Shown here: piece by piece, positions 35,603-48,619 of the stretch
Layout: each line of letters opens with the position of its first letter
Numbering within the stretch: the stretch's first letter is position 1
Source of the DNA: Cyanophora paradoxa CCMP329
Lineage: Eukaryota; Plantae; Glaucophyta
Reading direction: 5' to 3'
Assembly (NCBI GenBank): GCA_004431415.1
Contig: QPMI01000432.1
Span: forward strand, 186,001 to 250,000
DNA: 64,000 nt
Position numbers and translations under genes: made by a program
Notes under the pieces: model-generated
Database searches by the model: none
The model's input: the letters and a program-made list of their open reading frames with translations, nothing else
What the model was told of the DNA's origin: nothing

Positions 35603-38600
35603 TCGCTGCCGGCGCGGCGCTTCTTGCCGCCCTTGCCCGCCTTCTTCTTGCCCTCCCCGTCGCTCCCCTCGCTGCCCTCGTCGTCGTCGCCCTCGCCCTT
35701 GGCGCCCGCCACCTGCCGCAGCGCACGGGCGTAAGTGCCGCAGCGACGCACGAGCCGAGCCGAGCCAAGCCAGGCGTGCTAGGCCAGGCGTGCTTAGCAA
35801 GGCCAGCCAAGCTGGGAGACCGCCAGCTCTCTTTCTTCTTCGCAATTCGCACCTTGGCGGCTTCGCGGGCCATCTGCTCGAGGAGGAGCTTGCGCCGCTG
35901 CTCGATCCGCTTCTTCTCCGCCCGCCAGTACTGCGCCAGCGGGCTCTCCGCAGCCGCCTTCTCGCCCTGCAGCACACAAGGTCAGCGCCGACGCGGCACG
36001 AAAGCAAGGCCAGCCGAGACAAGGCACTGCGGACCTTCTCGTCCTTGAGGAATGCGGCCGCCTTCTCCGCGTCCTTCGGGCTGAACGCCACCCCGTCCCG
36101 CTGCGCTCCCGTAAGCAAAGCAAAGCCGGGGCGCAGCTCGGCAGGGGCTCGAGGCACCTTGCGGGCGAGCCAGGCGGCGTTGGCCTCCAGCTTGTCCACC
36201 AGAAGCGACACCTGCTTCCCGAAGCGCTGCGGAGGGGGAGGAGGGGGAGGAGGGGGCGGCTCGGCCGAGCTCGCAGAGGGGAGGGCCCGGGCCGGGCGGG
36301 GGCGCACGATGATGTGGGTCTTCTTGGCCCACTTCTTGAGGGCGATGCTCGCCGGCAGCGCCACCTCCGGGAACGCGATCTGCCGCCCCGCCCCGCCCCG
36401 CGCCTCAGCCGCAGAGCCTCGCGACCGTGGGCGGGGAGGGGGGCGGGGCGCACGGAGGTGGCGCAGGATGCGAAGTGCTCGGCGAGGAGCTCCAGCGTCT
36501 CCTGCACCACCGCCTCCTGCCCGGGCGTGAGGGGGGCGGGGAGGGGCGGGGCGAGGGCAGAGGGAGGAGGGGGGAGGGGACGGCTCGCCTGGAAGGAGCG
36601 CGATGCGAGGACGGCCGTGGGGGCCTTGGGAGGCGCGCGCGCGCGCGCGCGAGTCAGCCAGGCGAGTCGGATGGAGAGGGAGGGAGGGGGGCCGCCCTCC
36701 GTCCCCGCCCCAGCCTCCCGCGCCGAAACCCCCTCCCTCCTCACCTTGACGAGGAGGCGGAGGTCCATGGGCTTGGCCATCGTCGGCTTCGACTTGCGCG
36801 CCAGCTCCGCGCACTGCAGCACCTGTCCGAGGGGGGGCGGGGGAGTTAGGGGTGGGGCGGGTTGGACGGGGCGGGCGGGCGGGCGGGGGCTCGCCTCGAG
36901 GAGGTAGGGGGCGACTGGGATGAAGGCCCCGCCGCGGGCGGCGAGGTCCACGAGGAGGCGGACGCAGGTGAAGCGCAGCGGGAAGTACCGCGTCGTCGGC
37001 ACCTGCGGGGGCGGGCGGGCCGGCAAGAGTGAGTGGGCGCGCGGGCGCGCGGGGGGGCGGGCGGGGGGCGTTGTCGGCACCAGCCGGATCGTCCCCGTCA
37101 CCACCTGGGGGACTCGCGTAAGGAAAAAGATCGCGTGGATGGGCGGCCGGGGGGTACGCCGCGCGCGCGCCTGGCAGAAGGGGTAGATGAGGGGCCGGAG
37201 CTCGTTGGCGGCGGGGTACGCGGAGAGGACGGCGCCCCAGGCGCGCAGCGAGTTGAGGAACTGCGAGGAGACAGTCGGCGCCGGCGAGGCGAGCTGGAGC
37301 GAGCGGGCCGGCTCTGATACGGCCTGGGGCAGGAACCTGCCAGTTGTAGACGGCCTGGGCGCTCTCCTTCGTGCGGTGCGTGATCGCGTTCCGGAGGTGC
37401 ACGGCAAGCTGGGGGGAGGGAGAGAGGGGGGGGAGGGATGGAGGGTGAGCGGGGGGCAGGGAGGGAGGGAGGGAGGGGGGCCCCTCCTCCGCCTCTATCT
37501 CCGGCTCGTCCGGGGCCCTCAGGAGAGGAGAGGAGGGGTACGCGGGCGGACCTGGCGGATGTAGACGAAGGCGTGCTGGTAGGAGGCCGCGAAGTCGATG
37601 CCGTAGAGGTCCGCCACGCACCCCACCATGAACGCCACCGAGCCGGCCGTCTGAGGGAGAGAGAAAGGGGTAAGAGAGGGGCGGAGGTGGGCGAGGAGAC
37701 GATGGAAAGCGAGCGGGGGCGGGCCTTTGCGGAGTGGAACTTGGCGTTGCGGACGAAGGTGAGGTAGGCGCCCTTGAGGACGATCTCGATGAAGGGGAAC
37801 GGCATCCGCAGCGCCAGCTGCGAGCCGGGAGAGTGAGGCAAGGCCAAGGCAAGGAAAGGTCGGAGGCGAGGCCAGGCTAGAAGGCTGAAGGCTAGGCCAA
37901 AGGCTTAAGGGCGCGCAAAGCGGGGTGGGGAGAGTGAGTCAAGGTCAAGGCAAGGTCAAGGAGGGGTCGGAGGCGGGGCGAGGCTAAAGGCTAGAGCTAG
38001 GCTGTGCGGGGCGGGGCGGGGCGGACCTGGCGCATGAGGAGGTACGCGGCGACGCGGGCGCGCTCGCTCTCGCCGCCGCCGCCGCCCCCGCTCCACACCA
38101 CCAGCGCCGCCTGGCGCGATGTGAGGCGGGCGGGGCGGGCGGGGCGGGCGGGCGGGCGGGCGTGGCTGGGCGGCTACCTTGAGGAGCTTGCGGCCGAGGG
38201 CGGGCCAGAGGGCGACGTAGGGGACCATGCGGGCCATCTGCCGCAGCACCAGCGCCGCCATCGACCCGTCCGCCACCTGAGTTGGAGGCGGTAGATAGGT
38301 CAGAGGGAGCTAGCTTCGAGCGGCAAGATTGGTGAAGCGTGAGTCTCAGCTAGCCGGACGGACCTGGCCGAGGAAGCGGAGGGCGTGGGTGACGTAGCTC
38401 TTGACGAGCGGCTTCGACTTCTTCCACTGCGGCGACTGCCCGGGGCTCCACCGCCCCGGCCGCGCGCCGCCCTCGCCCGTCGCGCCGCCCTCGGTGCCGT
38501 GCGCGTCCCCCGCCGGCCTAAAGCCCCACCCTCCAGGGTCAGAGGCAGCGGGGCCCTAGGGGCGGAAGCTCTACCCCGCCCCGCGCCGCGCTGACCTGCC

Positions 38601-40532
38601 GAGGTGGGCGTCGAGGAGGCCGTCGAAGGAGCCGAAGCAGAAGGCCATCAGCCGGTTGAACACCCCCGCACTCGGGATGTGCAGCTCTGCGCACGCAGCC
38701 CCGCCCCCGTCAGAGCTGCGGTTTCTCCAGCCCGAAACCAAAAGCGCCCGGCGGGGCCTTCATGCGGGCGGGCGCACCGGGGGCGCGGCCGTCGTCGTCG
38801 GCCCCCTCGGGGTCCGCCACGCGGCAGCCGGCTCGGAAGGCCCGCACCACCCGCGCCAGCGCCTTGTGCGACTTGGTCTGCCCGTACCCCCCCCGTCAGC
38901 TCTCGCCCCAAACTTCTAGGTGGGGAGATAGGTAGCCGAGCGGCGGCGCGGCGCGGCGCGGCGCGCGCGCGGACGAACCGCGCGGGCCGCCCTGATCCAC
39001 TGCGTGAGCATCTCCGTGGTGAGGACGGCCCCCTTCGCCGCCTCCTTCTCCTTCTCCGCCTCCGCCTCCGCCTCCGCCTCGGCCTCCTCCTCCTCCTCGC
39101 CCTTCTTGCCCTTCTTCTTGCCCTTCTCGGCCTTGCCCTCCTCCTTGCCCTTCTTCTTCTTGGCCGGCTTCTCCTCCTCCTCCTCCTCGCTCTCCTCCTC
39201 CTCCTCCTCCTCCTCCTCGCCCTCGTCGTCCCCCTGCGCAGCCCCGCGTCGGCCCCGGGCCCGCACGTACGTACCCCCGTACCCCCGCAGCCCCGCAGCC
39301 CCGCCCCGCTTTAGCACCTCTAGCGCGGCTCTAGCTAGCCCCTCCTTCCCTCCCCCCACGCCCTTCCCCTCACGGGCGAGCGAGTGGGCGGGCGGGCGAG
39401 CGGGCGGGCGGGCGGGCGGGCGGGCGGGGGCGTACGATGTCCTCGCCGAAGTGGAGGAGGTTGGCGTCGTTCTTCTTCAGGAACTCGTAGAACTCGGGGT
39501 CCTTGCTCGCCAGGTCCTCCAGCACCTGTACCCCCGAGGTGAGCGAGCGCGGGGCACAAGACGCAGCCAGAAGTCGCCAAGCTAGATTTCGGGCCTCTCG
39601 TAACGCTCGACCCGCTGAGCTCGAGCTCCCATAGTTCAGCTGTAGCTAGAGGTGCGAAGGTCCCCGAGCTAGAGAAGCTGGTTCTGGGCCGAAGCCCTGC
39701 AGACGCCGGCCGCGCGTTGTGCGAGCGAGCGCACCTTCCTGTGCTGCGCGACCTTGCCCTTGATCTTCTTCCCGTCCGCCGCCGCGGCCGCCGCCGCCTC
39801 GCTCAGCTCGCCCTCCCCCTCCTCCTGCGCGCGGGGCGGCTCAGGCGCGCCCGCCCGCGCCGCCCTGCGGGGCGGGACGCACGTCGCCGTCTCCCATCTC
39901 GGCATCGTCGTCCTCGCCCTCGCCGCCCGCGAGCGCCTCCGCCTCCTCCTCCCCCTCGTCCCCGTCGCTCCCCGCCGCCTCGTCCTCGTCGCCGGCGTCG
40001 CTCCCCTCCGAGTCTGCGTCCAGCGCTTCGAAGAATCCCTTCTCCATGAACTCGTCCGCCGTCATCTGCGCGCCCCGCCCCGCCGGCCCCTCAGCGGCCC
40101 CGCGCGCCTCGAGATCGCGAGCGGCCCCGCCGGCGCCCACGCACTTCCTCCACGGGCTTCCTGCGAGCGCGCACGGTCCCGCATCAGCTAGTGCACGACA
40201 GCGCCGGCTCGCGACGCGTACGCACTTGGGCTTCGCCTTCCGTGTCTCCTCTGGCTTGTCTGCCGCGGGTGTGGGCGCGGGCCACTTGCGGCGGGGATCG
40301 CGAGGCGCGCGGCAGGTCGCAGCTAGCGCGCTCGCACGTACTCACCACTCTGCTGAGCTCGCGCGTCACCCTGATCGCGCTCCCTCGCAGCGGGCTTGGC
40401 ATCGTCGCGAGTCGCGGTGCCCTTCTGCTTCTTCTCCCGGATCGCCTTCCGCCGCTTGAACTCGCGACGCCGCTGGAGCTCAGCAGGCAGCTTGTTCTTG
40501 ATGTACTTCTTCGCGGACTTCTTGAGCGTCAT
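35197..40532 (-). CDS. NOC2: Nucleolar complex protein 2 homolog, many exons
   Basis: LASKDPEFYEFLKKNDANLLHF, YQHAFVYIRQ|LAVHLRNA, AVYNWQ|FLNSL, LRPLIYP, RYFPLRF, FIPVAPYLLE, IAFPE. Confidence 0.96.
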
Positions 40533-40689
40533 CTTGCCCGCTGGGATCGCGCGGACCGATGCGGCACGCCTTCCGAGCTCGCCGGGAGTCTACCTGAGCG
40601 CCTGCGATCACCGCTGGCGGCACTGGAGGGGGCCCTGATCGTCGAGGTGGTGTACCCGGCCGCAGCTCCACAAAGCCCTCGAGCTCGCG

Positions 40690-43600
40690 ATGGCGGCGAA
40701 ATCGAACATGTTCGCGCTGCTGGGCGATGAGGACGAGAAGCCGAAGCCCGCCGCGCCGAAGAAGGCGGCCCAGCCCGCCGAGGCCCCGAAGACCGCCAAG
40801 ACCAATGGCGCGCCTGCCCCCGCGACGGCCGGCGCCGCGGCTGCCGAGAAGAAGAAAAAGAAGAAGAAGAAGAAGGCAGCGGCTTCGGCCTCCCCAGGTA
40901 CGCGCCACGCCTCGTACGGATCTAATCAGCGCGCTGAGTTCGGCCCGCGCTGCCGTTCGCAGAAGTCGAAAGCGCTGAGGAAGAGGAGGAGGAGGATGGT
41001 GACGACTGGACTCCCGCGCCGTCGAAGTCGTCGGGTCCGCGGACGGGCCATGTGTACATTGATGGCTTTCGCGTCCTGAGTCGGCCCCGCAGCCAAGCTG
41101 GCTGTCTCGAAGCAGGATCAACCGACTGCTAAGCCCGGCACGGCGAAGAAGGGTGCGATGCTCGCCCCTCACGCCGCTTGCGGACGTAACGACACGGAAT
41201 GGTTTCGCGTCCGCAGCCGAGGCACCGGCGGCGGCTCCCGCTGCACCCGCGAAGCCAGCGAGCACGGTTCGTCTATCGTCGCCTTCTCGCATGACGTAGC
41301 CCGAGCTGCCGAACTTCATCCTGACCCGACGCGCAGTCTGCAGCGCCGGCAGCTGCCCAGCGCCCGTCGACGGCACCGGCTGCGTCCGCCGCCGTTCCGC
41401 ACGCTGCGGCCGCCCATGCTCCCGCTGCGAAGCCGGCTCCGGCTGCCGCCCCTGCCGCCAAGGCGGGCGCGGCCCCTGCCGCCAAGCCTGCCGCGCCCGC
41501 CAAGCCGGTCGCCCCCGCGGCTTCGTCGGCGCACGGCGCTGCTGCGAAGTCGGCTCCCGCTGCACCCGCGCCTGCCGCGAAAGCCTCGGAGCCTCCGAAG
41601 GCGGCCCGCCCGAAGCCGAAGAACGCCCAGGAGCTCGCCCGCGTGCTGGAGATCGACGCCCAGGCCGCGATGGACAACCGCGCTCGCTGCGAGCTCTGGC
41701 GCTCCTGGTCGCAGCAGCTCCAGGCCAGCGACCGCCCGGTCCGCGCCTCGGCCCCTCCTGCGTGTGCTGCCCGCGCCGATGCTGCCGCAGGACGCGGACA
41801 AGTACCCGGACGAGAAGGAGAAGTCTTCGCTGAACTTCCGTCAGGTCTTCCTCCGCAGCCGCGCCCTCTCGATCGCCGTGGAGAGGTGCCTTCTCCTTTT
41901 CCTTCCTCCCTCGACGCCCACCCCTCACTTCGCCCCTGCAGCATGGTCACCGCACCGCCCACTCCCGACTCGGACGCCGAGATCGCTTCCCTCCTCCGTC
42001 TGGTCTTTGAGCAGGTCGGCCGCCCGCGCGGATCGAATCCGAGCCGAGGCGGACGCCAACGGTGTCCCGGCAGATCATGGCGGGCGACGCGCGCACGCAC
42101 GAGACGCTCGTCTCTGGGCTCATGCAGATCCTCGGCGAGGTCCGCAAGGTCGACGAGGTGAGTAGAGGAGCCTGCCAGACACCTTCCGGGAGCCGGCGCT
42201 CGAGATTTGATCGGGCGTGGCGGGGGCGCAGGTGCCGGTGCAGCTGGCGTCGGGCGTCGGGGCGGCGGTGGCGGCGTACACCGCGAACGTCTCCGCGCAG
42301 CGCGGTTTCGTGACGCAGTTCGAGGCGCTCGAGGCCCAGATCCGCGAGCAGGAGAACCAGCTGCAGCAGCTCCAGCACTCGCAGGTCGCCGACCCGACGG
42401 TCCGCTGTTTCCTCTTCCTTGCCCCGCCCTCGATCTGCCCTCCGCGTTCCGCCCGCCTGAGGCCGCGGGGCAGCGGCTGGCGCCGGTGACGCGCGCCCTG
42501 GTTTCGCTGGCGGAGGCGAAGGCGCGGGAGTTCCAGCAGCGGCAGCAGGTCTTCCGGCGGGACGAGCACGTCCGGAGGCTCTTCACGCACGTCGAGAACG
42601 ACATCAAGAGCCTCGTCGCCTCGACCGAGAACTCCCTCGGCTCGCTCCGCGGGCAGCGCGCCCAGCTCGTCGCCCTCCGCGACGACGCCCTCAAGCGCGC
42701 CGGCGGCGAGGCGAGCCCTTTCCTTCCTTCCTCTTTCTTCCGCTCCCCGAGCGCGCGCCCCTAACGGGGAGAGGCGCGGGGCAGAACTCGACGCTGCGGG
42801 AGACGCTGACGAAGGCGGCGGAGGAGGAGCGGGCGCTCGCGGCGCGCAAGAAGCAGCTGGAGGACGAGCTGGCGGCCGTCAGCAAGCGCCTGGCCGAGGT
42901 GCTCGAGCGCAAGCGCCGCGTGGAGGAGGAGGAGCGCAAGCAGCAGGGGAGCCACTACGACATGGTCCGCGTCCTCGAGGAGCAGGAGGCGCAGGTCGCG
43001 GACAAGCTCGGGAAGCAGGGCGCCGCGCGCGCGACGCTTGACCACGTCGCCGCCTTCGTGAACACGGCCCGCCAGAACCTCTTCGACATCCTGGAGGGCA
43101 ACGCCGGCCCGGCGGCGGCGATGGTGCGGGAGGTCCCGCTGCAGTACCTGACGCTCGTGCTGCGGCACATGCGGACGACGAGCGAGCTGCTGCACGCGCT
43201 CAAGGCCAAGGTCTCGTTCGCGGCGGTCAAGCTCGGCCCGCTGCGCAACGACTACAAGGAGATGCAGGAGCGGGGCCTCGCCGACGTCGCCACCGACGTC
43301 CTCTCCTCCATCCAGAAGATGCAGAGCATGGCCTCCACCTGCGTCGCCGACGCCGCCCGCGCTCGCCTCGACCTCGACAGCATCGTCTCCCACGCCAAGG
43401 CCTTCATCGCCGCCCTCCCCAACGCCGAGGAGTTCAAGGGTCCGCCTCGCCCCTCCGGCCTTCTTTTCGGCCGCCGCCCCCGCCCCCGGGTCTGATTTGG
43501 AGACGCCCGCAGTATTCAGCGACCAGATCGGGAGCCTCGCTGCCCGCCTCGAGCAGGAGCAGCGCGAGATCGCCGGTGCGCGTCCCGCCCCGCGCCGCGC

Positions 43601-44266
43601 CGCAGAGCGCCCCGCGCCGCCCGCGCCGACTCGCTCGCTCCGCAGAGATCTCGGGCGTTCCCCTGCAGCCGCTGCCCCCCGCCCCCGCCCCGCGCGCCGC
43701 CCCAGCGCCCGTCGCCCAGGCCGCCGCCCCCGTGCCCCACTCGGGCTCTCCCCGGGCTACCCCAGCCACGTCGTGGCCCCGAAGCGCCCGACCCCCGTCG
43801 CCCCGCCGCCCCGGCCCCGGCCCCGGCCCCGCCGCCGTGAAGAAGCCCGAACCCGCTCCCGTGAAGAAGGCAGAGCCGGCCCCGGCGGCCCGGCGGCCCC
43901 GGCCTTCACGCCCAGCCCGCGGTGGGCGAGTGGGGCCTGGAGCCCGTGGAGGCCTCCTGGGGCCAGCCCCGCGGCAGCGACGACGACGACGACGGGTTCC
44001 AGACCACCCGCCGCCGCCGCCCGCCAAGAAGGAGACCCGTGCGCCCCCTCCCGCCCCGCCCACCGCCTGCCGCGCGGCTGACGCGCCGCGCAGAGGCCGG
44101 CGGCTCGGCCCCGGCGGCAGCGGCGGCCAGCCCCGCGGCCCCCGCCGCCACCGTGAGCAACGCGTTCGCGGCGCTCTCCGGCGGCGCTCCGAAGCCGGCC
44201 TCCGGGCGCGGCGCCGCCGCCCCCGTCGGCCGGGGCGGCCGCCCCGCCACCGCCGGCCGCTCGTAG
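40690..44266 (+). CDS. Large coiled-coil protein with Stm1/SERBP1-like NxFALL motifs and Ala/Pro-rich linkers
   Basis: MAAKSNMFALLGDEDEKPKP, poly-Lys, helical core (ELARVLEID...LWRSWSQQLQ...), long heptad region, DDDDDGFQTTRRRR, SNAFAALSG, stop at 44266. Confidence 0.7.
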
Positions 44267-45282
44267 GGAGCCGGCCCTCTTTTTCTTTGAGATCGCGACG
44301 CCTAAGATCCTTTCGATCGCCCGCGCTGTTGAATGGAAGGCAGCTCAAAAGCACCCGCCGCGCGCACCGCGCCTGCGAGGCTCCGATCCGGTAATCGCTT
44401 TGGCGGTTGAATTCGGAGCGGGGGATCAGGCTCCGAGGCTCTGTCTTATCAGGGCCTTCCGATCATTAATCCCAGGGCCCATGTCCATGGCCACTGGGCC
44501 AAGCGGTCAAGGTTGGTTGTTGAATTCGAAGCGGGAGATCGGGCTTTGCAATTGTCTCCTCCGAACCCGGGATCCGCAATCCGCGGGCCCTAGCTGTGTA
44601 GACTGCACAATTTGCACGAGTCCGGAGACTCGGAAGCGTCGACGCAGCTGCCGCAGTGCAGGTAAATGATAACGATAGACCAGGACGCTCCTGCGGCCCG
44701 GGCACGCCCACGCGCATGCGAAGTACTGAGATCGATGAGTTTTATTTTTTCAGCGGTAAAACAGGCTCACCGAGCACTGGAAAATTACAATCCGCGATAG
44801 ATCCCACTGGCTACACCAACCATCTAACTACGTATTTGAAAGAAACTCCCAATGTCCCTCTAAACCATCACAGCGCTACTCGCAACACGCAAGGATCGAA
44901 ATACAAATGGCTAGATATCGAGCGGGAAAACTGAGTTACAAGGATTCTGTACACCCTTGAAAAACTCCTGATATAATAAGTATGCATCGCTTGCGGAACC
45001 TCCGGAACGTCCTCAGGCTCGGGCCGAAGACGAGAGACAGACAGAATCGACGCGAAAGAAAACGACTGCGGCTGTATGTGTCGGACCCTCTGTATACAGA
45101 GTATGGTAATTCCTCTGCGGCACCTAAAACCCCAACCAGTGATATAGAGAGGCAGAATCTAGTGCTACAGCTAAACTTGATCTCAGGAGCGAGGGAGATC
45201 AAAGCCAAAATTGCAGGGGCGTGAAAACTCCCCCGAAGCGAAAGCCGAAATGGCCGAAATGGCGAAAGCCGCCGGAGGCCGC

Positions 45283-46487
45283 TCACAGGTCGCCGTCCCC
45301 ATCGGCGGCGGCGGCGGCGGCGGCCCGCGCGGCGCGCGAAAACGAGAGGCCGGAGCTGGCGCCCTTGCGCTTCCAGCGCAGGCCGCACGCGTTGCAGAGC
45401 GTGTTGATCCCGTGGGGCCCCTTGCGCCACTGCGACGTGCAGCGCGTCCCGCAGTGGTGGCACTGGAGCTTGTCCGTCGCCAGGGCGCCCGCCGCGGCGC
45501 CCTCGGCGTCCGAGCCGCCGCTGCCGGCTGAGACCTCCTCCGCGGGGACGGTCGCCTCCGCCTCGCGGCCGCGCTTGGCCCCCGCGAGGGGCTTCTTCGA
45601 CATGGACGGGACCGACGCCGCCGAGGAGGACGACGAGGGCGGGGCCGCGCCGCGCCGCATCGGCGACTGCGGGGCGCTCTCCGCGTGGCGCGGGGGGGAG
45701 AGGGGTGGCGAAGGGGCGACCGACGACTCGCGCGAGTTCGCGCGGGAAAGGGTGCGGGTTTTCGGGGCGGGCATCAGGATCGGCACGACGGCCGCTGGTG
45801 GGAGCAGCTGTGGCCGCAGGCTGAGGGGGCCCATCGGGGTTCCCTTCAGGGGGTTTGCCCCGCCGAGGCCGCCGACCGCCTCGCTGTTCACCCACCGCGT
45901 TCCGCAAGAATCGCACAGCGTGTCACGCCCGAGCGGGCCTGCGCACGAGCCCGTGGAGGTCAGCGAACGCCGGCGAAGGGTCGAAGGAGCCGACGAACGA
46001 ACCCGGGCGCCAAAACGAGGTGTTGCTCGTCCCGCACATGTCTGAAATCCGTATTAGATGAAGTCGGACGCGCGGGGGACTCGGGGGAACGAACGGCAGG
46101 CACGGGGGACTTGGGGCCAAGGGCTCGCGAGGGGCAGACTGGTCGGGGACGCGGGGGGCGAGTCCGAAGAAAGGCTGAGGTCATCCTCATCATCATCCTC
46201 GACGAAACCGGTCACGGGCGGCTCGCTGAAGCCTCCCGCGGCGGCCACGAGGGGCTCGAATGCGATTCCGAGGGAGAACGGAGCGGACATCAGGCCGTCA
46301 ACGAGACCCAAAACAAAATCTCCGCTCTAATGACACGCGAAACCCAAGAAAGTCGGCGTCAGTGCCACATCGAGATCACGGCGTCAACGGGAGTCGGTCG
46401 CACCGCGTCCTCGGACTCTTGGCTGACGAAGCGCGACATGTGCGCGTGCCTGAAAGCCGCCATTGGGAAATCCACGAGAGCCGCCAT
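45283..46487 (-). CDS. GATA-type zinc finger transcription factor
   Basis: CHHCGTRCTSQWRKGPHGINTLCNACGLRWKRKG = C-X2-C-X18-C-X2-C; upstream Ser/Pro/acidic exons; start uncertain. Confidence 0.88.
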
Positions 46488-47339
46488 CCTTGCTTGGGCC
46501 GCTTGGGCAGCGTCCTCTTGGGCCGGAAACACGACGTCCGCAACCCACGGAGCTTGGGAGCCCGGCAAAGGAGCGGGGCGGGGCGACTGCGTTCCCTCTC
46601 CTATGCCAAAGCACAGTGTCCGGCCTCAATGACGCTGGTCGGCGTGCCCGTGGCTGCTTTTCGTTGCGGACTGCGGCGGGCTCGGGTCAGCGAAGTCGAC
46701 TCTCGAAAAACCGGGCTTTCTTCGGGCGGCAAGCTCCGGCGGGCGCACCGAGGATGTTTTGGATGCGTACAAGCGCCTGCGGGGACTGCTGCTGCTGGGC
46801 GAGCGCTTCCTAGTCGGGCGCGAAGAGCTCCTTTTTACCGTGGTACGTGCGCGCGAGCTCTCAAGCTCGCGCTTTTAAGGGAGACGTCGACGTCGACTTT
46901 ACTAGTTAACGTTGACCGTCGACGCGGGCCGTCAATGAGGAATGGAGAATTGCTTATTTCTTGCTTAAAATGAAAAACCAACTGGAAGATCCGGATCGAG
47001 CTTTCAAGACGATAATTATTATATATATATGCGTGTGTTTATGTTAAGAACTGCATGCATGTATAAGTATATATATGATCCAAAAGAAATACATCTCCAA
47101 ATTTAAAAGTTCGCAACTAACATTGTACCCAATGCACGAAAAAGGTTCTAACCGCTGCTTGCACGTGCGCAAATTTATTTCCTGTGTCCGAATAAAGAGA
47201 AAAGCGTCGAACTTCGGAAGAATTGCGAATTTAGCTAGAGCTCGATTGAGGCATCTGCGCAGACTCAGGCCGGCAGGACGTCACTTACTCAATGGAAAGA
47301 TCTCCCCTAATTACTAAACAAAAGTTAAGAACTTGTGCC

Positions 47340-47922
47340 CAGTGATGCTAAACTTTGACTTGTATCCTCGTTGTGTACTACGAGTGGGCACGCCCACCGT
47401 AGATCTTTAAAAAAAAAAAAGATGCTAAACTTTCACTTTCCAAACTTTCAACTTGAAAATTTTCATGTAAATTTTCAGTAAATTTTCACCTCCAAAATGA
47501 GCAATGAAAACTTTCAATAAATTTGCAAGGGGGGTACCGTTGAAGAGGCCATTCTGGGGGCGTTTCACGCCATAAACGAGGGTCAAATCCGTCGAGACGA
47601 GGGCCATAAACGAGGGCCACACATTCTGGCGGTCTCTGCTGGTGTCAAGAGACCAGAGTATGCATTTCTCAGGAACCCTACCCCCCTCCCCAACGTGAAA
47701 AGAACGGCAAAGATACATCTGCACCTCGTGCACTTATAATACAAAGGTTGTCGATGACATCCTAACGCATATCGCTCGTGTCTGGACGCTTCTCTGCAGA
47801 GAAACGTGTCACTTTCGCTGTGCAAGTAAACTTTGTATGGGTGAAAATATTTGCTGAAAGTTTTCGAAAGTTTACTGAAAATTTACAGGGCATTTTGGGA
47901 TAATAAAATTTCAGCAACACTG
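47340..47922. mobile_element. hAT-type MITE (583 bp) with 8-bp TSD
   Basis: TIRs CAGTGATGCTAAACTTT (47340) and AAATTTCAGCAACACTG (ends 47922). TSD CTTGTGCC at 47332-47339 and 47923-47930. Subterminal inverted 16-mer at 47467-47482 / 47871-47886. Confidence 0.9.
47357..47420 (+). mobile_element. 64-bp poly(A)-tailed retroposed insert (5'-truncated LINE/SINE end) with 13-bp TSD
   Basis: 52 nt plus A12, flanked by GATGCTAAACTTT at 47344-47356 and 47421-47433; internal stem-loop GTGGGC-AC-GCCCAC. Confidence 0.82.
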
Positions 47923-47979
47923 CTTGTGCCGGCCCTGCGCGGATTCGAATCGGGTCACCGCGTCGACCGTCGGACATGC

Positions 47980-48420
47980 ATATATATGCCCGGCGGTACT
48001 ACTCCGGTACGTATACGTACCGCGCGCGGCCGGTACCGGTACGGCGGTACTACGGTACCCGCACTTAACTTAGTAGTAAGCTTCCAGTTCGCCGGTCGAC
48101 CCGGGAGTCCGTCGACGCGTCGCGATCGACGTCCGACGGTCGGCGGCGTCGGATGTCGCCGAGTCGAGTCATTGTCGACGCGTTCGCGTATACGTATACG
48201 TATACGTATGCGAGATAATGCGACTCATGATCCGTCGCCGATCTCGATATCGATCGCGAGTCGGATCGGACGCGTCGATCGCGATCGCGACTGCGCGCAC
48301 GGCTGCGGGCGCATGGCGCCCGGCAGGCCATGCCATGTGGAGTCCGGAGTCCGGACTCCGCGGCCGGATGCACACTGTGACATGCGATTGATGTATCGGA
48401 TGGCCGAGTGCATTTGGCGA
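47980..48420. repeat. Palindrome-saturated low-complexity tract
   Basis: Chains of GTAC, TACGTA, GTCGAC, CGATCG, TCCGGA, e.g. CGTATACGTATACGTATACG. Confidence 0.7.
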
Positions 48421-48619
48421 CGCGCAAAGGGGAAATAATAGCTACGTGTAAGCTTTAAGGATATCGTACATCTTCTGTTCCGGAGCGGTGGCTCGAGTGT
48501 CCGAGCCGCGGAGCGGGGGGACGGAGGAGGGGCTACGGGCTAGCTAAATAGGCTACACACATGCAACGTTTGAAAGTGTGGAACTTCTGTGTTGGGGAGC
48601 GGGGAGAAAGGGGGTTCCA

